This document shows, piece after piece, positions 27,106 to 34,789 of a DNA stretch of 34,789 nt. Source of the stretch: a virus (taxonomy: Duplodnaviria > Caudoviricetes); IMG/VR virus record IMGVR_UViG_3300020045_008088, positions 1-34,789 of that record, one strand, 5' to 3'. The stretch's first letter is position 1; every line of letters starts with the position of its first letter. The notes beneath the pieces are model-generated. The model was not told where the DNA came from and searched no databases. It was given only the letters and a program-made list of their open reading frames with translations. The position numbers and the translations under genes were made by a program.

Positions 27106-29079
27106 ATGTCAGCTAAAAAGTTACACGTCGATATTGAAACTTTTAGCTCAATTGATATAACTACTTCAGGAATGTACAAATACACAGAATCTGTTGATTT
27201 TGAGATTTTAATGATTGCTTATGCAATTGATAACAATCCGATTCAAATGATAGATTTAGTTCTAGGTGATAAATTACCTAGAGAATTTGTTGACAACTTA
27301 CTTGATGAAAGTGTAGAAAAATGGGCTCACAATGCAAACTTCGAAAGACAATCCTTTAAACAAATAGGTTTTGATATACCTGTTGAACAATGGCACTGTA
27401 CTGCTATCAAAGCCGCATATTGTGGTTTACCATTAGGATTGGACGCAGTTTCTAAAGCACTTAAATTAGAAGATAAAGGAAAGTCATCTACAGGTAAGGC
27501 TTTAATAAAATATTTCTGTTGTCCTATTAAACCCACTAAAGTAAATGGTGGAATAAAAAGAAACTTTCCAGGTGATAGTTTTGTTAGTTTAGAAAAATGG
27601 GAAGAATTCAAATTGTATTGTATGCAAGATGTCGAAGCTGAAAGAGAGATCGACAATAGACTTGAGCATTATGAAATGCCAGATTTTGAAAGAAGAAATT
27701 ATATACTAGATCAAAAAATAAATGATAGAGGTGTTTTAATTGATCTGGATATGGCAAAAAGTGCAATAAAAGTAAATGACTTATTTGCTAAAGACTTATC
27801 TACAAAAATAAAAAACTTAACAGGGGTTGAAAATTCCAACAGTGCAGCTCAGCTCAAAAAATGGCTTGAAGGTGTTTTGCAAAAAGAAATAAAATCACTC
27901 GCAAAAGATACTATTCCAGACCTGATAAAAGAGTCTGAGTCTGACACTGTAAAAGAAGTGCTTAGGTTACGCCAAATGGCCTCAAGAACTTCTATAAAGA
28001 AATATCTAGCAATGGTAAATTGCGCCTGCTATAATACAAGAGCTCATGGTTTGTTTCAGTTCTATGGGGCTAATCGTACAGGGCGATGGGCTGGGCGTTT
28101 AATACAATTACAAAACCTTCGAAGAAATTATATAAAAGATATTGACTTAGCTAGAGAAACTATCAAGCAGGGTGATTATGACTATATCAATATGCTTTAT
28201 GAAGATGTTGCTGATTTACTTTCACAATTAATACGTACCGCTATCAAAGCTAAAGAAAATCATACCTTTACAGTTGCCGATTTTAGCGCTATTGAAGCTA
28301 GAGTAATTGCTTGGCTTGCTAATGAGCAATGGCGCTTAGACGTATTTAATACTCATGGTAAAATATACGAAGCATCAGCATCAATGATGTTTAATATACC
28401 ACTAGAAAGCATTACAAAAGGATCTCCTGAAAGAGATAAAGGTAAAGTAGCTGAGTTAGCCCTCGGGTATGGTGGTAGTTTAGGGGCTTTAAGAAAAATG
28501 GGCGGTGAAGACATGGGTTTAAGTGATCCAGAAATGACCGCAATTGTAAAGAAATGGCGCTTAGCTAGTCCTGCTATTGTTAAGTTCTGGAAAAACCTAG
28601 AAACATGCGCAATAAAAGCCTATAAAAAGAAAGAAAGAGTAGCTTCAGAATTTGGTAATATATTTTTCGATTGTAATGATGAAGCTTTAACTATTGAATT
28701 GCCTTCAGGTAAAAAACTATTTTACAGAAATCCGTCATTAACAGAAAATCAATGGGGTGCAGTATCATTACGTTATAAAGGTATGAACCAAGTGACTAAG
28801 CAATGGGAGCATGTTGATACTTATGGTGGTAAATTAGCAGAGAATATTGTACAAGCAGTTGCTAGAGATTTACTAGCTGAAGCAATGCTTAGATTAGATA
28901 AAAACGGTTTTCCTATAGCCATGCACGTGCATGATGAAGTAGTTGCTGAAGTGCTAAAAGAAAATTCTGAAATTACATTAGAAAAAATGTGTTCCATTAT
29001 GGGTGAAGAGGTTTCATGGGCTAAAGGTTTACGCCTACCAGCTGATGGTTATATCACTGAATTCTATAAAAAAGATTAA
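27106..29079 (+). CDS. polA: DNA polymerase family A with 3'-5' exonuclease
   Basis: DIETFS, AHNANFER, DFSAIEARV, RDKGKVAELALGYGG, HVHDE; start 27106 chosen because 27028 lies inside the tRNA-like element. Confidence 0.96.
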   Translation: MSAKKLHVDIETFSSIDITTSGMYKYTESVDFEILMIAYAIDNNPIQMIDLVLGDKLPREFVDNLLDESVEKWAHNANFERQSFKQIGFDIPVEQWHCTAIKAAYCGLPLGLDAVSKALKLEDKGKSSTGKALIKYFCCPIKPTKVNGGIKRNFPGDSFVSLEKWEEFKLYCMQDVEAEREIDNRLEHYEMPDFERRNYILDQKINDRGVLIDLDMAKSAIKVNDLFAKDLSTKIKNLTGVENSNSAAQLKKWLEGVLQKEIKSLAKDTIPDLIKESESDTVKEVLRLRQMASRTSIKKYLAMVNCACYNTRAHGLFQFYGANRTGRWAGRLIQLQNLRRNYIKDIDLARETIKQGDYDYINMLYEDVADLLSQLIRTAIKAKENHTFTVADFSAIEARVIAWLANEQWRLDVFNTHGKIYEASASMMFNIPLESITKGSPERDKGKVAELALGYGGSLGALRKMGGEDMGLSDPEMTAIVKKWRLASPAIVKFWKNLETCAIKAYKKKERVASEFGNIFFDCNDEALTIELPSGKKLFYRNPSLTENQWGAVSLRYKGMNQVTKQWEHVDTYGGKLAENIVQAVARDLLAEAMLRLDKNGFPIAMHVHDEVVAEVLKENSEITLEKMCSIMGEEVSWAKGLRLPADGYITEFYKKD

Positions 29080-29081
29080 TT

Positions 29082-31484
29082 ATGAAATTTGATTTTAAAC
29101 TAGATATTGCTACAGGCTTTGGAGCTACCTCTAAATTATGGAAAAATAAAAAATTACAATGGTCTGAGTTAGTAGAACGTTTAGCAACCCCAGTTGTAAC
29201 AAGTGAAACCTATAAAGAATATATTAATGCTGCAAAAGACGAACAATCAAAAATAAAAGATGTAGGTGGATATGTAGGGGGTTATTTACGTAATGGTAAA
29301 CGAAGCCCTGCAAATGTTATCCATAGACAATTGATGACTCTTGATATTGATTTTGCACATGTTAATTTCTGGGAAGATTTTACAATGCAATTTTCAAATG
29401 CTGCAGTAATACATGCAACTCATAAGCATTGTGAAGCTGATCCTAGATATAGGTTAATAATACCTTTAAATAGAGAAGCTTCACCTGATGAATACGTTGC
29501 GGTATCACGTCAAATTGCTGGAATACTTGGAATAGATTTATTTGATAATACTACTTTCGAAACAAATAGATTAATGTTTTGGCCATCAGTTTCAAAAGAT
29601 GTAAATTACTATTATAAATTCCAAGATGGTGAATTTGTAGACGTAGACGAAATACTAGCAACTTATATAGATTGGAAAGATACAAGCTTATGGCCTACCG
29701 CTGATAAACGTATGCGTGAAATTGGTGAAGCTTCTAAAAAACAAGAAGACCCACAAAACAAAAAAGGTATTGTTGGTTTATTTTGTAGAACTTATCCAAT
29801 AAGAGAAGCTATAGACATGTTCTTAAGTGATTCTTATATTGAGACGGCTACAGAAGACCGCTATACTTATTCTAAAGGGTCAACCGCGGGAGGTTTAATG
29901 GTATATGATAATACTTTTGCATATTCACACCATGGAACGGATCCATGTAGTGGTAAATTATGTAACTCATTTGACCTGGTTCGTTTGCATAAGTTTGGTC
30001 ATTTAGACGATTCTAATGCAAATGGAGTTAAAGCAAAGAGTTATATAGCAATGGAGGAATTAGCTCGCTCCGACCAGTCAGTCAAAACAATAATTGCTAA
30101 GGAAAACATACAAAATGCAAAATATGACTTTATAGAGGCTCTAAATGATTCAGATGAAACTCTAGAAGAATCAGAATTGTTTAATGTTGAAGAATCTATT
30201 GAGTGGATGAAAGACCTAGATAGTGACTCTAAAGGGAATTATCTTTCTACCGCAATAAATATAAATATAATTCTTGCTAACGATCAACGTTTAAAAGGTG
30301 TTTTCAAACAGAATGATTTTGATAACAAAAGATACGTTTTTAAAAGTCTTCCATGGAGAAGAATCACAAAACCAGAACCAGTAAAAAACGTAGATTATTC
30401 AGGCGTTAGAAATTACATTGAAAGTATTTACGGAATTGCAGCAACTTTAAAAATAGATGATTCACTAGCATTAGAATTTGAAAAGAATTCTTTCCATCCA
30501 ATTAAAGATTATTTGGGTAGTTTGAAATGGGATCAGCAAAGTAGAGTTGATATGCTATTAATTGAATACTTTGGTACTAATGACAATCTTTATACTAGAG
30601 AAGCTATACGAAAACACTTAGTTGCAGCAGTTGCAAGAGTATTCAAACCAGGTTGCAAATATGATTCTGTTCTTACTTTAGTTGGTGAACAAGGAACTAA
30701 GAAAAGTACATTCATTAAAAAGCTTGGTAAGTCGTGGTTCTCAGATACCTTTATGACCGTACAAGGAAAAGAAGCTTTGGAACAAATACAAGGAGCCTGG
30801 CTTATAGAAATGGCAGAACTCGCAGGATTACGTAAAGCAGAAGCTGAAGCTGTAAAACATTTTATTTCTAAACAAGAAGATGCTTTTAGACCAGCTTATG
30901 CAAGAGTTGCAGAAACATTTCTGAGGCAATGTATATTCTGGGCAACAACAAACAAGCGAGACTTTTTAAATGATCCATCTGGTAATAGACGTTTCAATCC
31001 TATTGATGTGAACAAGAACAAAATTACTAAAGACGTGTTTGAAGATCTTGATCCTGAAATAGATCAAATATGGGCAGAAGCCGTACACTTATTTAAAGCC
31101 GGTGAAAGTTTAATACTAAGTAGCGAAGCGGAACGTATTGCAAAACATGAACAGACTAGCCATAGTGAAGTCGATGAGCGTAGAGGTATTATTGAACAAT
31201 TCTTAAATAGACAATTGCCAACAGATTGGGACAAGCGAGATATTTCAGAGCGTAGAATTTTTATAGAAGACTACGAGAAAAATGGTACAATAGAGCGCGA
31301 TTATGTTTGCATGGGTGAAATATGGTGCGAATGCTTAGGTAAAAATAAAGAAGATATGACTCGCTATAATACACGAGAAATCAATGACATTTTAAAATCT
31401 TTAGAAGATTGGGAATATATTATTTCCACTAAGAATTTTAAGATTTATGGCAAACAAAAATATTATCAACGTAAATTATTTTAA
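29082..31484 (+). CDS. primase-helicase (primase-polymerase N-domain plus VirE/VapE SF3-like ATPase)
   Basis: TLDIDF, HATHKH, PRYRLIIPL; Walker A GEQGTKKST, IEMAEL, ATTN..FLNDPSGNRRF. Confidence 0.92.
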   Translation: MKFDFKLDIATGFGATSKLWKNKKLQWSELVERLATPVVTSETYKEYINAAKDEQSKIKDVGGYVGGYLRNGKRSPANVIHRQLMTLDIDFAHVNFWEDFTMQFSNAAVIHATHKHCEADPRYRLIIPLNREASPDEYVAVSRQIAGILGIDLFDNTTFETNRLMFWPSVSKDVNYYYKFQDGEFVDVDEILATYIDWKDTSLWPTADKRMREIGEASKKQEDPQNKKGIVGLFCRTYPIREAIDMFLSDSYIETATEDRYTYSKGSTAGGLMVYDNTFAYSHHGTDPCSGKLCNSFDLVRLHKFGHLDDSNANGVKAKSYIAMEELARSDQSVKTIIAKENIQNAKYDFIEALNDSDETLEESELFNVEESIEWMKDLDSDSKGNYLSTAININIILANDQRLKGVFKQNDFDNKRYVFKSLPWRRITKPEPVKNVDYSGVRNYIESIYGIAATLKIDDSLALEFEKNSFHPIKDYLGSLKWDQQSRVDMLLIEYFGTNDNLYTREAIRKHLVAAVARVFKPGCKYDSVLTLVGEQGTKKSTFIKKLGKSWFSDTFMTVQGKEALEQIQGAWLIEMAELAGLRKAEAEAVKHFISKQEDAFRPAYARVAETFLRQCIFWATTNKRDFLNDPSGNRRFNPIDVNKNKITKDVFEDLDPEIDQIWAEAVHLFKAGESLILSSEAERIAKHEQTSHSEVDERRGIIEQFLNRQLPTDWDKRDISERRIFIEDYEKNGTIERDYVCMGEIWCECLGKNKEDMTRYNTREINDILKSLEDWEYIISTKNFKIYGKQKYYQRKLF

Positions 31485-31485
31485 C

Positions 31486-31662
31486 ATGTGTACATTTTGC
31501 GGAAGAAATCACAATGAAAGACCAAAAACAAAAACCATTAGAATTTACGATAAAAATGATAAATATTTAGGTTTTAAACAAGTTTCAATAGATACAAGTG
31601 TTAGAGATTATCAAAGAAGTCTCTACACTGAATATCCAGATTGGCAATATACAACTGAATAA
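31486..31662 (+). CDS. hypothetical protein (N-terminal CxxC..H)
   Basis: ATG 31486 immediately after primase stop; MCTFCGRNH. Confidence 0.55.
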   Translation: MCTFCGRNHNERPKTKTIRIYDKNDKYLGFKQVSIDTSVRDYQRSLYTEYPDWQYTTE

Positions 31663-31664
31663 CC

Positions 31665-31946
31665 ATGTTAATTGAAAGTGAAAAGTTAATAGAAAGAAAA
31701 CTTAATTCAGAAGTAAAAAAACTAGGCGGTATATCCATAAAGTTATTATCGACGATAACAGGATTACCTGACAGGCTGTGCTTGTTGCCTGGAGGCCGCC
31801 TATTTTTTGCTGAATTAAAAACCACTAAAAAGAAACCAACTAAAATACAACTAGCAATACATAGACAAATAAAAAAGCTTGGCTTTGTAGTTTATGTTAT
31901 TGATACCTCAGTACAATTGAAAAATATAATAGCGCTTTATGAATAG
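31665..31946 (+). CDS. VRR-NUC domain nuclease
   Basis: ESEKLIE, GLPDRL, FAELK, Q....I..LGF. Confidence 0.92.
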   Translation: MLIESEKLIERKLNSEVKKLGGISIKLLSTITGLPDRLCLLPGGRLFFAELKTTKKKPTKIQLAIHRQIKKLGFVVYVIDTSVQLKNIIALYE

Positions 31947-33324
31947 ATCAGATTTACATAACTATCAAAACGGTGCAGTAGACCATATCAAGAACAATCC
32001 TTATTGCGGTTTATTTTTAGACATGGGTTTAGGAAAAACTGTTTCTACTTTGACTGCAATAAATGAATTAGTTTTTGAAGAACTTGACATTGATACTGTT
32101 TTAATAGTAGCGCCTAAGCGTGTAGTTGAATCAGTATGGGATGCTGAAATTGAAAAATGGAACCACCTTAAAAAATTAACTATTACTAAAATTGTAGGTA
32201 ATGAAAAACAACGTAAAGCCGCATTACAGAAGAAAACTTTTATTCATATAATAAGTAGAGACAACTTAGCTTGGTTATGTGGTTTATATGGTGGAAACTT
32301 ACCATATCATTTAGGAGTGGTAGATGAATCAAGTAGTTTTAAATCACCTAAATCTCAACGATTTAAAGCTTTTAAAATGGCCCAACCATCATTTAAACGT
32401 GTCGTTATATTAACAGGAACGCCAGCACCAAATGGATTGATCGATTTATGGTCACAAATATATTTACTAGATAGAGGTGAAAGATTAGGCAAAACTATCA
32501 CTCAATTTAGAGAATCTTATTTTAGACCAGATAAAAGAAATGGATCCATTATATTTAATTATAAACCACAAGATGATGGCGAAGAGCGTATTCATAATAA
32601 AATTGCAGATATTTGCATGAGTATGAAAGCAAAAGATTATTTAGATCTACCTCAACGAATTAACAATTATATTGAAATAGATTTTCCTGAAGATTTAAGA
32701 AAAAAATATGATGACTTCGAGCGTGACCAAGTTTTAGAGCTTCTAGCATCAGAAAAAGAAATAACTGCAGTAAATGCAGCAACTCTAAATAATAAGCTAC
32801 TACAGTTTGCAAATGGTGCCATTTATGATGAAAACAAGGACTACCATGTTATTCATGATTTGAAATTAGATGCTACAGAAGAAATAATAGAAAATGCAAA
32901 TGGTAAACCTGTTCTTATTGCTTATGCATATAAGCACGATGCTGAGCGTTTACTTGAGAGATTGAAAAAATACAAACCAGTTCTTTTAAAAGATGATGCA
33001 GATATTAAAAAATGGAATAAAGGTGAAATACAAGTAATGATTATGCACCCGGCATCTGGCGGACACGGTTTGAATCTACAATATGGTGGAAATATTTTAC
33101 TTTGGTTTGGTTTAACTTGGTCCTTAGAATTATACATGCAGTTGAATTCAAGATTAGATAGGCAAGGACAAACTGAAAGCGTAATTGTTAATCATTTAAA
33201 AATACGAAACACTTGGGACGATACAGTTATTAAAGCTCTAGAAGAAAAAGACCAAAGACAAGACTTGTTAATGGAAGCAGTTAAATCAAAAATTGAAAAA
33301 TATAAAAAACTAATATTAAACTAA
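31939..33324 (+). CDS. SNF2-family helicase
   Basis: LDMGLGKT, DESS, LTGTP, GHGLNLQ, QLNSRLDRQGQ. Confidence 0.95.
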   Translation: MNRSDLHNYQNGAVDHIKNNPYCGLFLDMGLGKTVSTLTAINELVFEELDIDTVLIVAPKRVVESVWDAEIEKWNHLKKLTITKIVGNEKQRKAALQKKTFIHIISRDNLAWLCGLYGGNLPYHLGVVDESSSFKSPKSQRFKAFKMAQPSFKRVVILTGTPAPNGLIDLWSQIYLLDRGERLGKTITQFRESYFRPDKRNGSIIFNYKPQDDGEERIHNKIADICMSMKAKDYLDLPQRINNYIEIDFPEDLRKKYDDFERDQVLELLASEKEITAVNAATLNNKLLQFANGAIYDENKDYHVIHDLKLDATEEIIENANGKPVLIAYAYKHDAERLLERLKKYKPVLLKDDADIKKWNKGEIQVMIMHPASGGHGLNLQYGGNILLWFGLTWSLELYMQLNSRLDRQGQTESVIVNHLKIRNTWDDTVIKALEEKDQRQDLLMEAVKSKIEKYKKLILN

Positions 33325-33325
33325 A

Positions 33326-33610
33326 ATGGTAAAAACAAATATTTTAAAACGTGCAAACCAGATTGTAAACAAACGATCTGAAGAAAAGGAAAGACAGTAC
33401 GGACCCTTTGATGATTCAATGGATGCAATGCGTGACATATTCAATGCAATGACTGGACTTAGTTTAACAACTGAGCACATGTTTAAAGCAATGCTAGCAG
33501 CTAAACTATCTAGAGAGCGTTTTGCGCATAAAGAAGATAATCTTTTAGATGCTGTAGCTTATATTGGAGCGCTTGATAATTATATAGAAAATAAAGCTTC
33601 TAAAAAATAA
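33326..33610 (+). CDS. DUF6378-like protein (possible nucleotide hydrolase)
   Basis: IL.RA..IV...RQYG, KLSRE, DNLLDAVAY. Confidence 0.7.
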   Translation: MVKTNILKRANQIVNKRSEEKERQYGPFDDSMDAMRDIFNAMTGLSLTTEHMFKAMLAAKLSRERFAHKEDNLLDAVAYIGALDNYIENKASKK

Positions 33611-33680
33611 TTTGAAAATAAATGTGAAATAATTTTTTTATTTGAAAAACAGGTGTATCTTTACCAAACAAAATAACAAC
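33603..33680 (+). promoter_or_regulatory. repeated promoter cassette D
   Basis: AAAAATAATTTGAAAATAAATG...TATCTTTACCAAACAAAATAAC. Confidence 0.75.
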
Positions 33681-33697
33681 AAATAAAAATTTAGATT

Positions 33698-34042
33698 ATG
33701 ACACGTATAGAAAATCAAATAGCTATAATGCAAGAAAAATTAAATAACTATTCTATTTTTGCATCTGAAATGAATACTTTATTTATTAGTGATCTTAACA
33801 GTAAAATAATCCCTATTTTAAAAACGTATAAAACTGGAGTAGTTGAGCCAACTAAAAATACCTATATAACTGAATCGGCATTTGAAACAGGAGTATTATT
33901 TTTTAATGTTGTACTTTCTGTTGATTGCACTAAGCTAAGTGATTTGCAGCGTAAAAATTTAAAAACTAAATTTAAAGAAGCAGGTGTTCCTATTAACACT
34001 TGTATATTAAGTAAAACTATATCTTTATTATATAAAAAATAA
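33698..34042 (+). CDS. hypothetical protein
   Basis: ORF between promoter cassettes D and E. Confidence 0.7.
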   Translation: MTRIENQIAIMQEKLNNYSIFASEMNTLFISDLNSKIIPILKTYKTGVVEPTKNTYITESAFETGVLFFNVVLSVDCTKLSDLQRKNLKTKFKEAGVPINTCILSKTISLLYKK

Positions 34043-34102
34043 TTTGAAAATAAATGCAAAATAATTTTTTACTTTCAAAATAAGTATTATCTTTACCAAA
34101 CA
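34035..34102 (+). promoter_or_regulatory. repeated promoter cassette E
   Basis: AAAAATAATTTGAAAATAAATG...TATCTTTACCAAACA. Confidence 0.75.
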
Positions 34103-34160
34103 TAAATTAATAACAATTTAAAATTAAAATCATGAATGCAAAACTTAGGAGCAAATAACA

Positions 34161-34789
34161 ATGGCTATTAACACGCTTGGCTATGAATTTTTCGTCATCT
34201 GCATGGATGAAGTCGAGATCGATGGTTTCCAAGACATCAAACTAGCAAACGATTTCGCGAGGACGGAGGCGCTAAAGGGGAAAACCGTCTACCTTACTGA
34301 AGCTAAAGGGGTATGGCGCCCGGTCTTAGAGCCGGTGGAGTTTGTCGCGGCATCTAAGCGGATTCCCGACGACGCGCCCCCGGTTACCGTTTCCGTGGAA
34401 ACCAAACCGACTGAAGAAAAAACCAAGAAGGGGCGGCCAGTCGGATCCAAGAACGCGCCAAAAGAGGCGGTGGAACCTCCCACCCCGCCCGAAAATCCTG
34501 CGCCGATCGTTGAGGAAAGCATTGAAACCGACATCCCAGACATTAACGACATCGTCATCGTCGAGTCTGAGGAAGGATACGACCCTTATGCAAACGAGGG
34601 GATCCCTGATCCAAAAGCACAAGAGGAGGCGTCACCACAGACGGATACACCAACGGCAGCTAGCATCCCTCCAACTAGACCAAACCCCAAAGTAAAACAG
34701 ACCTATTGGACGTGCAAGGAATGCGGCAAATCCAACTACGACACAAGGGACACCTGTAGCGATTGCAACGCCCCAAAAGCTGAGCCGTC
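34161..34789 (+). CDS. partial GC-rich protein with AT-hook-like motif and RanBP2-type zinc finger (runs off the window)
   Basis: AGGAG SD then ATG 34161, open to the end; KKGRPVGSKN; WTCKECGKSNYDTRDTCSDC. Confidence 0.75.
   Translation, partial: MAINTLGYEFFVICMDEVEIDGFQDIKLANDFARTEALKGKTVYLTEAKGVWRPVLEPVEFVAASKRIPDDAPPVTVSVETKPTEEKTKKGRPVGSKNAPKEAVEPPTPPENPAPIVEESIETDIPDINDIVIVESEEGYDPYANEGIPDPKAQEEASPQTDTPTAASIPPTRPNPKVKQTYWTCKECGKSNYDTRDTCSDCNAPKAEP

Noticed and set aside
30683-30709. Deviant Walker A GEQGTKKST as an inactive helicase
   Set aside because: The catalytic K-S/T is retained and such variants occur in VirE-family ATPases.
2974-34059. Minus-strand and nested alternative-frame ORFs in the track
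   Set aside because: All overlap well-supported + strand genes or elements and show no motifs.
34289-34695. Three overlapping ORFs from the track
   Set aside because: They are shadow frames of the SD-led ORF starting at 34161, which carries recognisable motifs.
1-34789. Stop-codon reassignment, introns/inteins, DGR or defence systems
   Set aside because: Core genes are intact and of normal length in the standard code; no reverse transcriptase, homing endonuclease or recognisable defence gene is seen.

Overview
Almost all of the window (~1-34145) is a large part of an AT-rich tailed dsDNA phage genome. The morphotype is probably siphovirus and the host probably Bacteroidota (Flavobacterium-like), based on TAnnTTTG promoters, A-rich starts without Shine-Dalgarno, and a Bacteroidota-style signal peptide. 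All credible genes are on the + strand. The order is: small early hypotheticals and a DEDDh exonuclease; TerS/TerL; tail genes and tape measure; prohead protease, major capsid, tail tube, portal, adaptor; a fibre with a signal peptide; lysis genes; and an APSE-like replication module (Cas4-like DUF2800, DUF2815 SSB, PolA, VirE primase-helicase, VRR-NUC, SNF2). No integrase is visible. The most notable unexplained structures are: (1) two copies of a symmetric GTAAACAAT repeat element with fixed 36-37 nt spacers that bracket the whole morphogenesis-lysis module; (2) a tRNA-Leu-like RNA with an aberrant anticodon arm directly before polA; (3) a family of repeated promoter/operator cassettes; (4) a predicted secreted fibre with a foldon-like motif; (5) an abrupt junction near 34145 into GC-rich DNA encoding an AT-hook-like plus RanBP2-type zinc-finger protein. 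All product calls come from motif recognition by eye, not database searches.
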